Below are positions 50,174 through 62,201 of a DNA stretch of 64,000 bases, piece by piece. The notes under the pieces were generated by a model. That model was not told the origin of the DNA. It saw only the letters and a program-made list of their open reading frames with translations, and ran no database searches. Both the position numbers and the translations under genes were made by a program. The stretch is from contig JABVCE010000025.1 of NCBI GenBank assembly GCA_014905635.1, positions 1 to 64,000 of the forward strand, read 5' to 3'. How positions within the stretch are numbered: the first letter of the stretch is position 1; every line of letters begins with the position of its first letter. Source of the DNA: Scenedesmus sp. PABB004 (Eukaryota).

Positions 50174-51201
50174 ATGGCGGCGGCGGCGGAGCTGCGGCAG
50201 GCGCTGCAGGCGGTGGAGGTGCGCCGGCTGGGGGCGGGCGCCGCAGGGCGCGGAGGCTTGCGGCGCTGCACCGCGCGACCGCCGAGCGCGCCGCCACCGC
50301 CGCCGCACCTGCGCCGCGCAGGCGCGCCTGCGGCGCCACCGCGCGCTGGCGCGCGCCTGCCCCGCGCTGCTGCTGGACTTTGCGGCGGTGCTGAGCGGGC
50401 TGCGGCCCGTGGTGATGCTGGACCACGCGCCAGGCGCGACGCCCGCGCAGCTCGCGGCGTCGCTGGAGCCGCTGGCCGCGCTGCTGCCCGGCTTTGCGGG
50501 TGCGCGCCGCGCCGCTCGGCGGCCGCCAGCCAAGGGCGCGCGCGCCCACTCGCCCAAACGCGCGCCGCACCGCCGCCGCGGGCCGTCTGCGTGGGAGTGC
50601 AGGCTGCATCCTGCACCTGGATGGCTGCTGCTACCTGGCCGACGTTGCCGGCCTGCGCGAGCGCCTCTCGTCGCTTGCGGACGGCGCCGCCGCCTGGCCC
50701 CGCGTGGTCGCGTTTGGCGGCGGCCAGCCGGCCTGGGCCGACCCCGCCGAGTGCGGCGAGCTCGCGGCGCAGCTGCGCCGCCTCGCGGACGGCGTGTCGG
50801 GCGCGCTGGCGCAGCAGCAGGCCGCGCGGGGCGGCGCGCCGGTCGTCGACCTGGGCGCGCTGGGCGGCGTTCCGGCGATGCCGACTCTCAACGGCCTGCT
50901 GCTCGGCTATCCTGCCGTCTACTGGGTGTGCGGCCGGGACGAGGCCGCCGCCGCGAGCCGCGCGCTGTCGGCGGCGCCGCTGCGCCTGTATCGCATCACC
51001 GCCGGCTGTGCGGCCGCGGGCGTCGCCGGCGGCGCGCCGCTGCTGTCGTTCACAGTCCCCGAGGCGCTGGCCGACGACGCGCTGGAGCGCGACGCCGCGG
51101 CGCTCGCCGCACGGCTCGCGGCCGCGGCCGCGGCGGCCGGCGGCTGGGAGGCGCCGGCGCTGAGCGCGCGGAGCGTGGGGCCGGGGCCGGTCAGCCTGTA
51201 A
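50174..51201 (+). CDS. DUF4504 / UPF0739 (C1orf74-like) protein region
   Basis: DFAAVLSGLRPVVMLDH, PTLNGLLLGYPAVYW and LLSFTVPEAL. Introns at 50219-50321 and 50500-50602. Confidence 0.7.
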
Positions 51202-51227
51202 CCCGGCAATGACGTCAGTTCGTCAGT

Positions 51228-51790
51228 TCAATGCAGCACGCCCTCGACCGCCGCCAGCGCGTCGCGCGCGTCCGTCAGCTCCGCGGCGTCCTTGGCGTCC
51301 TGCTCGTTCTCAGACTGCCACGGGCAGCGGCGGCGGCGCGCGGGCGCACGTCAGCCCCGGCGCGCGCGCGCGCGCGTCGGCGGCGCGCACTGCCCTCCGC
51401 GCCGCCGCGCGGGCGCGCGCACCACAAACGACTGCAGGTCTGCCAGCGCCGCCTCGAGGCGCTGCCGCGTCTCCGGCACCATCATCGCACTCTCAGCCAG
51501 CACGCTCTCCTGCGAGCCGCGCCGCGCGGCGGCGGCCGGCGCTCGCTGCGCCACCGCGCCGCGCCGCCTGGTCCCCCGACCCCGCCCCTCCCCGCCGCCG
51601 CCCGGCGCGCGGCGCGAGGCCGCACCGCTTGCCGCAGGTCGTGGGGGTCGGCGGCGGCGGCCTTCATGCCCTCCACACGCGCCTGCTCGCGCTCCGCCTC
51701 AGCCTGATAGTACGCGTACTCCTTGTGGATGCGGCGCAGCGTGGACGTCTTGATCTTCATGCCACGCACCACGTCCGCCGCGCACGCCAT
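51228..51790 (-). CDS. TBCA: Tubulin-binding cofactor A
   Basis: MKIKTSTLRRIHKEYAYYQAEAERE...DPHDLRQA|ESVLAESAMMVPETRQRLEAALADL. Two introns. Confidence 0.92.
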
Positions 51791-52316
51791 GGCGCGCAGG
51801 GGGCGCTGGGCTGCCGGTGAGCGAGCGGATCAGGGCGGGCGCGTGCGGCGCGCGCCGCGGCGGCGTTTGGCGGTCGAGCAGCAGCGGCGCGCGCGCGCGG
51901 GCGGCGGAGGGCGCGGCCGGGCGCGGGCTGGCCACCGGGGCGTGCGGCTGGTGGGGGCGCGTCTGGGGCGCACCCGGGGGCAGCGGCGGGACGGCGGCGC
52001 TCCCGCGCAGGGCGGCGTGTCCTTTGGCTTGCACTGCCGCCGCGGCGCGTGACCGGAGCGCGAGCCCGGCACGCCACGCGCGCCGCGCCACGTGCAGAGC
52101 TACTCCCGGAACCGAGCACGCCCCACACGACGCCCGCAGGAGCAGCAGCAGCAGCAGCCTTGCCTCTGCCCCCTCGCTACGCGCCCGCGGCCCCAGAGCG
52201 CCAGCCGCCGGTCGCTTCGGGTAGCTTCGGCCGTCGACATCTCACACGCCCCGCCCGCGCCCTCCGCGCGTGGCCAGGCAGCGCGCAGGGGTCCCGCGCC
52301 GGCGCGCGCGTCCGGC

Positions 52317-53995
52317 ATGGAGCCCCAGGCCGGCGCCGGGGCAGCCGCCCCGATGAAAGTGACGCCGGAGCAGCTGGGAATCGTGCAGCCGTGAGGGCGC
52401 CAGGCCGCCGCGGCGCCGGCCGCGCACGCCGCCAGCCGCCGCTGCCGCCCGCCGCTGCCGCTGCCGCCGGCGACTGCGGCCGCCCCGCTCACCGCCGCCG
52501 GCGCCCGCGCCGCAGGAGCGACTACGCGGGGCAGCTGGACTTCGACCTGGGCAACCTGTGCGCGGCCGACCCGTCCCCGATCGACCCCGCCGACTATGCG
52601 CCGCTGTCGCGCGACGCGACCTGCCTCGCGGTGGCCACCGCCATCACGCAGGCGCGCACGCGCCGCCGCCGCGGCCGCCGCGGCTGCTTGCTGCGGCCTC
52701 GCGCCGCCCGCCGCGGCCGCGCTCACGCGCCGCTGCCGCCGCCGCCCCTGCTCCGGCCGCGCAGGAGTTGGTGGGGCAGCTGTTTGCGCTGCCGGCCGAG
52801 GCGGTGCAGGGCGGCCGCCTCGCGCGCCTGCCGCCGCCGAGCACGCCGCTGCCGCGCGAGAAGCCCATCCCCAAGCCCAAGCCGCTGACCAAGTGGCAGA
52901 AGTTTGCGCAGGAGAAGGGCATCCGCAAGCGCAAGCGCAGCAAGCTGCTCTACGACGAGGAGGCGCAGGAGTGGCGGCGCCGGCACGGCTACAAGCGCGC
53001 CAACGACGACAGCGAGGTCCCCGTCATCGAGGCCAAGGCCGGCGACCAGGCGCGCGCGCGCGTGTGGGCGTGTGGACGGCCCCCGCAGACCCCCGCGCCA
53101 GTCGGCGCGCCCCGCGCGCGGGAGGGGCCCTGCCGACGCCGCGCCGCCGCCCGCGCCGCGCCCGCCCCCGCCGCAGCCGGGCGAGGACCCGTTCACGATC
53201 CTGCGGCAGGAAAAGCGCGAGCGCGTGCGCAAGCAGGCGAAGCAGCAGCTCGCCAACGTCAAGTCGGCGGCCAAGGCCGGCGGCGCGGCGGCGGTGCCGC
53301 CGACGCTGCGGCTCGCGGCGGCGCTGCCCGACAAGGGCCGCGGCAAGCCGACGAAGCGCAAGGAGCTGCGCGACGACGTGAGCGCCGCGCCGCGGCCGCG
53401 GCGGCGCCGGCCGCGCTGCGCTGCGCTGCGCCGTCCGCCGACCCGCCGCGGCCGCCGCGTTTGCGCGCGCGCGCAGATCAAGACGGCGTCCTGGCTGAGC
53501 GGCGTGTCGACGGCGAGCATGGGCAAGTTTGACAAGCGGCTCAAGGGCGAGAAGGAGGGCGAGCGGCGGCTGCCGGGCAAGCGCCGCAAGTTCCTGCCCG
53601 TCACCGACGCCGCGGGCGAGGCCGCGCTCGTGTCCAAGACCGCCGACCGGCTGCTGCGGGAGAAGGCGGCCGACGTGCTCGACATCGGCAAGGCCATCGG
53701 CCGGCTCGAGGCCGAGGCGCGCACGCAGCGCCACGCCGCCAAGCGCGCCGCGGCGGGCGACGACGACGACGGCGAGGGCGGCGGCGGCGGCGGCGGCCGG
53801 CGCGGCCGCGGCGGCGGCAAGCGCGGCGGCGGCGGCGGCAGCCGCGGCGGCGGCAAGAAGGGCGGCGGCGGCAAGCAGCTCGGCGCCAAGGGCGGCGTCG
53901 CCAAGGGCGGTGGCGGCGGCAAGCGCGGCGGCAAGGGCGGCGGCCGGGGCGGCGGCAAGGGCGGCGGCCGGGGCGGCGGCAAGGGGCGCCGGTGA
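52317..53995 (+). CDS. RRS1: Ribosome biogenesis regulatory protein RRS1
   Basis: [55 protein letters not shown] and a Gly/Lys/Arg-rich tail. Confidence 0.95.
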
Positions 53996-54302
53996 GCGGT
54001 TCCGGCGCAAAAGCCCCGCCGGCCAGGTGACGCTGCTCGTTCGGTCTGCTGGCCGCCACAGCGCCCCGTGCCGCGCCCGGAGAGAGGAGCGCGGAGCAGC
54101 GCGCGCAGTGCGACGCGCAGGGCCGCACCAGACTGCGAGCAGCAGAGCGCGCCGTCCGGCAGGGGCGAGTGCCATTGACTGGAGCGCGGAGCTGGTGGTC
54201 CAGCGCCGCCGATCGGCGCCTGGCGGGCGCCCGCGCTCGGGCGCACCAGCATCGCAGCGCGGCAGCGCCTCTGCGGCCTGCCTGCCGCGCGTGCCAGCCG
54301 CC

Positions 54303-56092
54303 ATGGAGCTGGCGCCGGCGTCGACGCAGCGTCGTCGTGCCGCCGCGCCGCTGGCGTCGGTGAGCCAGGTGCGCGCAGCGGCGGTGGTGGGCGCGCGCGG
54401 ATCCCGCCCTCTCGCAGCGGCAGCCAGGGGCGCAGCGCGCTGGGCGGGGGGCGTGAGCTCTTACCAGCACCCCGACGGCGCCGTCTGGTGGGCCGTGGGA
54501 GGCCCAGGCGACGGCAGCAGCAAGCGCGAGCGTTGAAGGCAGCTCGCGCGCACCCACAGCAGCGTCGCGGCCCCCACCCTCGCAAAGCAGCGGGGCGGCG
54601 CCCCGTGATCGATCCAGCCGCAGCGGCAGGGCAGCAGCGCCGCCGCGCTCACGCGCCGCCGCCGCTGCCGCCGCTGCCGCCGCCGCCGCCGCAGGTGACC
54701 GCCGCGCGGCCGGCCAAGGCGCCCGACGCGGGCGTGGGGGGCTCGGCCGGCTCGGCGGGCGCGCCGGCGGTGCCGGACAAGCCCGCGCACGACGTCGTCG
54801 CGGGCGCCGTCGCGCGCGCGGCGAGCCAGAGCACCATCCACCCCCTCGACACGATGAAGGTCCGCATGCAGGCCGGCCTGCCGGGCAAGAGCGGCGGCGC
54901 TGCAGCGGGCGGCCTCCGCGCGCCCGCGCCGCCCGGTGGCGGCCCCGGCTCGGCGGCGCTCGCGCTCAGCCTGCAGCGGGGGCTGTCCGAGGTCGCGAGC
55001 CTCTACAAGGGCGTCGTCAGCGCCGCGACGGGCGCGGGCGTGATCATCGGGGCCTACTTTGCTTTTTACTCCACCACCAAGCGCTTCCTGCGCGAGCGCA
55101 CGCCCTGGGCGGAGGGCCAGATCGCGTTTGTGTCGGGCGCGACCGCCGCGGTCGGCAGCGGCGTCGTCAAGGTCCCGATCGCCGTCTGCATCCGCAGCGT
55201 GCAGGCGGGCGTGTACCCCAACGTCGTCGCCGCGGCGCGCAGCATCACCGCCGCCGCGGGGCCGCGCGGACTCTTCACGGTGCGCGGCGCGGCGCGACGC
55301 GCGGCGACGCCCGCGCGCGCGGGGCCTCGTGCGCGCGCGCAGCACGCTCCCCCGGCCGCCCGCCCGCTCACCAGCGCGCCCCCGCATCTGCGCCAGGGCT
55401 TTGTGCCGACGCTGCTGGAGGACGTGCCGGACATGGCGGTCAAGTTTGCGGCGTACGAGACGATGCGGCTCACGCACAAGTCGCTGAGCGGCGGGCGGCA
55501 GCCAAGCACGCTCGAGGACCTGGTCATGGGCGGCAGCGCCGGCGCCGCCGCGGCGGCCGCGACGACGCCGCTGGACGTGGTCAAGACGCGCATGATGTGC
55601 AACGCCGGCAGCCGGCCCACGCTGCTCGGCGCGGCGCGCGGCGTGCTCGCCGAGGGCCAGGGGCTGCGCGGCTTCTTCCGCGGCGTCGGCCCGCGCGCGC
55701 TGAGCAACGGCATCAACAGCGCCGTGTTCTTCTGCTTCTTTGAGGCCATCCGCCGCCTGCTCGTCACGCAGCAGGCGCAGGCGGCCGCCGCGGCGGCGGC
55801 GCAGCAGCGCGGCGTCGAGCTGGAGCTCGTGCGCGAGCCGCTCGTGCTCGTGACGCAGCAGCCGCACAAGCAGCAGCAGCCCCGCGGCGCACGCGCCGGC
55901 GGGCAGCAGGGCTGGGAGCAGGAGACGGCGCTGCTCGCGCTCAGCCCGCCGCCCGAGGGCCGCAGCAGAGGCGGCGGCAGCGGCGGCAGCCCGGGGCGCG
56001 GCGGCGGCGCCGGCGGCGGCGCCGGTCGGCTCGCGTGCCTGTCGCTGGCGCTGCCCGTCGCGGGCGCGCGTGGCAGCGGGGGCGCCTGGTGA
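54303..56092 (+). CDS. Mitochondrial carrier family protein (S-adenosylmethionine-carrier-like)
   Basis: Px[DE]xx[KR] motifs HPLDTMKVRMQ and TPLDVVKTRMM; GFVPTLLEDVPD; FRGVGPR. Two introns. Confidence 0.88.
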
Positions 56093-57025
56093 GGCGGCGC
56101 GCCGCCGCGGGCGCCGACCGTTTAGCATAGACAGCCGGGAGAGCGGCCGGCGAGCAGCCCGCGCAGGCTGCCGCCCATCAGCGGGGGCCGCGCCGGGCCG
56201 CGGCGCGCCAGCAGCGGCTGCGGCAAACGTGCCGCAGCGCGCACCTGGCAGAGCGCGCGTCGTGCGACCAGCAGAGGCGAAGAAAACGACGATGTTGCAT
56301 AGTTGTTTACTAGCTGGCCCCGCAGCTGAAGGAGCTGCGGCGGCGCGGGCGCGAGCGGAGGCGAGCGTCGTGTCCTCGTCGCGGGTGTGGGGGCGTGGTG
56401 TGTGGGGCGTTGCCACGGCAAAGAAGAGCCAGGGCGGGCGCGGGCCTCCTGCTGCGCGGCGCGGGGCCTGCAGAAGGCCTGCGCCGCGCAGCAGGCAGCA
56501 GGCCGCCGCCCGCTGGCGGCGGCCTGCGGGTCGCGCGCGCCAATCAACAGCGGGGCCGTGAGTGCAGAGCGGCGCGGCGCGCGCTGGTCTGGGTGCGGCC
56601 ATCACACATCACTTGCGCGCGCCGCCGGTGCGGCGCGCCCGGGGCGGGCGGGCGCGCGGCGCGGCCCCCTTGCTGCCCGGGCGCCCCGTGCTCTCCTCGG
56701 ACGATTTGATGGCTGCGCCAGTCGTGATGGCGGCGGCAACTGAGCCGGCTCCGAGCACGGCGGCGGCGGCGTCCCGTCGTCCACGCGCGCCAGCGCAGCG
56801 CCAGACCCCAGCTGCCGCTGGGTCACGGCCGCGCCGGCCAGCAGCGCCGCTCCGGCCAGCAGCGCTGCTCGAATCCCCACACCCGCGCGCCCGCAAGAGC
56901 AGCAGCACTCGCGGGAGCAGGACTGCTGGCCTCCGCGCGAGCAGCGACTGGCCTCCGAGCGCGCGAAGAAGCCCATGCGCCTTACCGCCTAGCCGCGACC
57001 AGCCAGATCAGCTAGAGGTCGCGCC

Positions 57026-60000
57026 ATGCAGGCCTGCGCGCGGCGCGCGGACGCGCCGGCGCGGGGCGCTGGCCATCGGCCGGCCACACCCGCGCTCGGC
57101 CGGCCCGCATTGTGCCGCCGCGGCGCTCTTCAGACGCTCAGTGCCATGCCGCTGGCCGCTGGCGGCCCAGCGTGCGGCGGGCTGGCGGCGAGCGGCCGCG
57201 GCGGCGCGTGGCCGCAGCAGCAGCAGCAGCGGCTGTGCGCCGCGCCGCCGGCGCGGCGCGGCGCCGGCCTCGCGCCGCCGCCGCCGGGCGCGCCGGACGG
57301 CTGCCGGCGCCGGGGCAGCGTGGCGGCGCGCGCGGTGGCGGCGGGCATCGTGCCGCTGGGCTACGACTTCCTCACGTTCCTCACGACCACGGTGCTCGTC
57401 GTGCCGACGTGCAAGTGGCTCAAGGTCTCGCCCGTGCTCGGCTTCCTCGCCGCGGGCGTGGTGCTGGAGCAGGCCGGGTGCGCGCCTGGCGCGCGCGCGC
57501 GCACGCGCGGGCGGCGTGCGCAGCAGACCGCCGCCGCCGCCGCCGACCGCTTGACGACCCACCCCGCCCGCCCGCGTGCCGTGCCCCGCGCCGCGCGCAG
57601 CATGGTGAAGGACCTGAAGGACATGGAGACCGTGAGCGAGCTGGGCGTGCTCTTCCTGCTGTACGAGCAGGGCCTGGAGCTCAGCCTGGACCGCCTCAAG
57701 GCGAGCAGCCGGCGCGGGCGTACAGTGCCGGCGGCGGGGCGCGGGCGCCAGCGGCGGGGCGCGGGTGACCGCGGCGCCCGCTCACGCGCGCCCGCCCGCC
57801 CTGTGCTCGCGCGCCAGGCGCTCGCCAAGTATGCGTTTGGCATGGGCAGCCTGCAGGTCATCCTCAGCACGCTGCTCTTCACCGCCGTCGCGCTGCCGGC
57901 GGGGTCGGGCCTGGGCACGTGGTTCCTGGAGAAGGTCTGCCACGCGCCCGCGAGCCTCGTCAGCATCCGCTCCGTCGATGAGGTGCAGCGCCGGCGCCGG
58001 CGGCGGCGGCGGCGGCGGCGTGTGGCAGCCGCAGCGGCGGCGGCCGCGGCCGCGGCGCGTGCGGGCGCCGCGCCCTGACGCACTGCGCTGCGCCCCGACG
58101 TGCCGCGCCGCGCCCCGCAGGCGGTGGTCATCGCCGCGGCGCTGAGCATGTCGAGCAGCGCGTTCGTGCTGCAGCTGCTGGGCGAGCGCGGCGAGGCGCC
58201 CACGCGCGTCGGCAGCGCGACGCTCGGAATCCTGCTGTTCCAGGTGACCGGCGCGGCGCCGCGCTGCAGCAGCGGCGACCCCGGCCAGCCAGGAAGGGGC
58301 CTCGGCTCCGCCCCGCCGCCGGGGGGGGGGGGGGGGCTCACGCGCCGCCCCGCCGACGCCGCCGCGCGCTGCCCGCTGCTGCCCGCCAGGACATCGCGGT
58401 CGTGCCCTTCCTGGTGCTGCTGCCGCTGATCGAGAACAACGGCGGCATGGAGGGCCAGAGCGCAGACTCGCTGCTCGCGGTGCGCGCCGCGGCAGCGCAG
58501 CGGCAGCGACGGCGGCGGCGGCAGCGCACGCGCCCTGCTGCCGCCGCTCACTCACGCCGCCGCCGCCACGCCGCGCAGATGCTGGGCCCCACCGCCGCGA
58601 CGTCGCTGCTGGGCCTGGGCGCGCTGCTGGTCGGCGGCCGCGTCGTGCTGCGCCGCATCTTCGAGGTGCGGCCGGGCCGGGCCAGGCCGCCAGCGGCGCG
58701 GCGCGCGGCGCCGCTGCCGCCGCGCACGCCGGCGCCTCTTGCCGAGCCCCCTGCCGCCGCCGCCGTCGCCGCAGCTGGTGGCCGACTCGCGCAGCAACGA
58801 GGCGTTTGTCGCGCTCTGCCTGCTCACCGTCGGCGGCAGCAGCCTGCTGACGAAGCAGCTCGGCCTGAGCGACACGCTCGGCGCCTTCATCGCGGGCGTG
58901 CTGCTCGCGGAGACGAGCTTCCGCACGCAGGCGCGCCGCCGCCGCCGCCGCCGCGCCTGCCCCCCGCCCTGCCCGCCGCGGCGCCTGCCGCCCGCCCCCC
59001 CCCCCCCCTTCTCTCCCCCTCCCACCCAACCTCTCCGTCGCTGACGCCCGCGCCTCTCACGCCCCGGCCCCGCCCCGCCTCCCTCCCGCGCGGCCGCGCG
59101 CCGCGCGCCCGCCCTGCAGGTCGAGGCGGACATCCGGCCGTTCCGGGGGCTGCTCATCGGCCTCTTCTTCATGAGCGTCGGCGGCAGCATCAACATGGCC
59201 GTGCTGCGCGACAACTACGACGTCATCTTCTGGATGCTCGGCGGCCTCGTCGGCCTCAAGGCCGCGGTCAACATCGCGCTCGGGCCGCTCTTCGGCCTCT
59301 CAAAGTGCGGCCCGGCGCCGCGGCGCCGCGGCCGCGCGCGCGCGCGGGAGCGCGCGCCGACGCCGGCGCCCGCTGACGCCGCCGCCCCGCCGCCGCCGCG
59401 GCCGCAGGTCGGAGTCGATCCGGACCGGCTTCCTGCTCAGCCAGGGCGGCGAGTTTGCGTTTGTGCTGCTCAGCCTCGCGTGCCAGCTGAAGCTGCTGCC
59501 CGAGGAGCTCAACCAGATCCTCATCATCACAGGCGCGGCGTGGCGGCGCGGCTGGGCTCGCGCGCGTGACCGGGCAGCAGCGCCGCGCGGCACCTGGCTC
59601 CCGCGCCCTGCGCGTCAGCGACGCGCCGCCACGCCGCCCTGCCGCCGCCGCGTCGCGCAGTCGTGTTCTCCATGGCCCTCACGCCCGCGCTGGCCGAGGT
59701 CGGCAGCCGCCTCGGCGCGCTCGTTGAGAAGAGCGAGGCCGACGCGAGCTCGAGCGACGAGGAGGGCCTGCCGCCGGTCGCGCTCGAGGTGCGGCCGCGC
59801 GTGCGCGGCCGGCACTCGCTGCCGCCGCCTCGCGCGCCGCGCCGCGCCGCACGCGCCCTCCCCGCTGCCCCGCTCACGCCCCGCACGCCCGCCGCCCCGC
59901 TGCTGCCGCTCCCCCGCTGCCGCCGCTGCCGCCTCTCCGCCGTGACCGTCAGGTGGAGGACCCGGTCGTCATCCTCGGCTTTGGCCCGCAGGGCCAGATG

Positions 60001-61147
60001 CTCGCCAACATGCTCTCCAGCCCGCTCGCGCAGGCCAACAACAAGCCGCGCAACTACATCGGGTTTGACCTCGACCACGCCCGCGTCGCGGGCGCCCGCC
60101 TGGCCGGCTTCAACGTCGCGTTCGGCAACGGCGCACGCCCAGACGTGCTCAAGGCCGCGGGTGCGCGCCGCGCGGCGCGGCGGCGCGGCGGCGCGGCGGC
60201 GCGGCGGCGCGGCGGCGCAGCGGTGCGGCGCGCAGCGGCGCGCGGCGGCGCGCCCGCCGACGCGCGCGCGCGTGCCTGCGCACCGCGCGCGCAGGCGTGA
60301 AGCGGCCGGCGGCGGTGGTGGTGTGCCACAGCACCGAGGAGATGGCGACCAAGGCGGTGGAGAGCCTGCGCGCGGCCTACCCGAGCAGCGTGCAGATCTA
60401 CGCGTGCGCCCAGAACTTCAAGTGCGCCGCGCCGCGCCGCGCCCGCCGCTCGCTCGGGACGCCTGCTGCGCGCGCGCGGCCGCGCGCGGGCCCGCCCCCG
60501 GCCGACCGCGCCGCGCGCCCGCCGCCGCCGGCGCCGCCGCCGCGCGCAGGCACGCCTCGGAGCTGCGCGCCGCGGGCGCGGACCGCACCTGCATCGTCAA
60601 CAGCGAAGCGGGGCTCAACCTCGGCGCGCAGGTGCTGGCCGACCTGGGCACGAGCGAGACGGGCATCGCGCTGCTGCGCCGCGGCATCAACGAGGCCCTC
60701 GCCGTGCGCACCGCCGCCGACCGCGCGTCGGCGCGCGACGCGCGCGGCGACGCGCCGGGCGGCGCCGCGCACGCGCCGGCCGGCGCCGCCGGCGCGGGCG
60801 GCGAGGGCAAGCGGCGGCGCAAGGCGCAGGAGCTCGAGATGTTTGTCCTGGACGGGCAGCACGCGTACGGGCTGCGCGCCGACGCGCTCGCGCGCATGGC
60901 GGCGGCGTCGCCCGACGTGCCGTGCGTCGAGTGCCCGCTCGTCAAGGCCAGCTTCCAGCAGGGCGGCGACGCGCTGGCGAGCCTCGACGGGAGCGCCGAG
61001 AGCAGCGCCAGCAGCGCCAGCGCCAGCCCCGTGCCGGGCGCCAACGGCGCCGCCGGCGGCGACGGCGCGGCCGCGGCCGCGCCGGCGGTCGTCGCGAGCA
61101 GCAGCGGCGCCGGCGACGGCGGCGCGGCCGGGCCGGGGAGCGCGTGA
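57026..61147 (+). CDS. KEA3: K+/H+ antiporter, KEA3-like (CPA2 + KTN/RCK domain)
   Basis: LGYDFLTFL, SPVLGFL, SELGVLFLL, LSMSSSAFVLQLL, GILLFQDIAVVP, FRTQVEADIRPFRGLL, LSQGGEFAFV and VVILGFGPQGQ. Start codon uncertain (57026 or 57146). Confidence 0.9.
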
Positions 61148-62201
61148 GCGCCGCGCCGCCCGCAGGGCAATGAAAGCGGGCGCCCCCAGGGGGCGCCCCG
61201 CGATTATATCTTGCGGCGGCGCGGCGCCACGCATTGTGCCGCTCCGCCGCGCGACGGCGCCGGCGCTGCGTGCTGTGCGCAGCGGGCCGGCTCGGCGGGA
61301 GGTTGGTCGAGCCCTGGGAGATGCCTGGGGGCGGGCCTTTAATGAATCGCTGCTGCGGTGGCGGCCGAGGTTGGACAGAGGAGCGAGCGCTGCCGGGCTG
61401 CGTGCTCTGTGCATGCGCTGCGCCGCCGCATTGCGGTGCGCGCTGCGCGCGGTAGGCGCTGACACGTGTGCAGGGTGAGGCAGGCGAGGGAGGGGCGCGC
61501 GCAGCGCGCGGGCCGGGTGTACACGGAGGGGCGCAGGGAGCGAGCGGCGGCGCCGCGGCGGTGGCTGGCGGAGCGCGTCCGGCCGGCCTGCCTGTACTAC
61601 AGACAGAGGGGAGCTGCTGTTGTGCTGTGGCTCCAGCTGCTGCAGCGCGCTGGGCGCGCGGCGCCCGCGCGCCTGCGTGGGGCCTGCACGTGCATCCGCT
61701 GGGCGGCTGGCGAGAGCTTTTTGCGCCCGCCGTTTTTTGGGTTGGTTGATCGCGCGTCGCGGCGCCCAGCGGCGCCGTTCTTTTGACGACGCATGCGCGC
61801 ATCACGACGCAGCGCGCTCGCGGCGGCGGGCCGGGGCCGCCGCTGCGCTGGTGCGCGTGCCGTGCCGTGCCCGGGCGTGGCACGACGGCGGCCCGCGCAG
61901 CTCGCGGTGAGCTGCGCCGAGTAACGGGGATCGACCAGCACTCGCAGTTGGGGGCAGTCGAGCGAGCGGCAGGTCTCGGCGGCGCAACCGCCGCCAGCGC
62001 AAGAGACAGCACCGAGCGCCGCCGAGCTCGCCACTGGCTCATCGGAGCTCGGGATCATCTGTCAACCCCCACCCGCACTCGCGGCGAACGCAGCGGGGGC
62101 CGGCCAGACCCAACCGCCGCTGCCAGCGCGCGCCGCCGCCTCGCTCCGGCTCGCTCGCCCAGGCGCGAGCGACCTGCGCGCTGACGGGAGCTCGGAGGCC
62201 G

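Noticed and set aside
53760..53995. Tandem GGKGGGR repeats
   Set aside because: Ordinary low-complexity nucleolar tail of RRS1.
56093..57025. ORFs between the carrier gene and KEA3, and at 61150-62200
   Set aside because: No recognisable motifs or coding-like codon pattern; likely UTR or promoter sequence.
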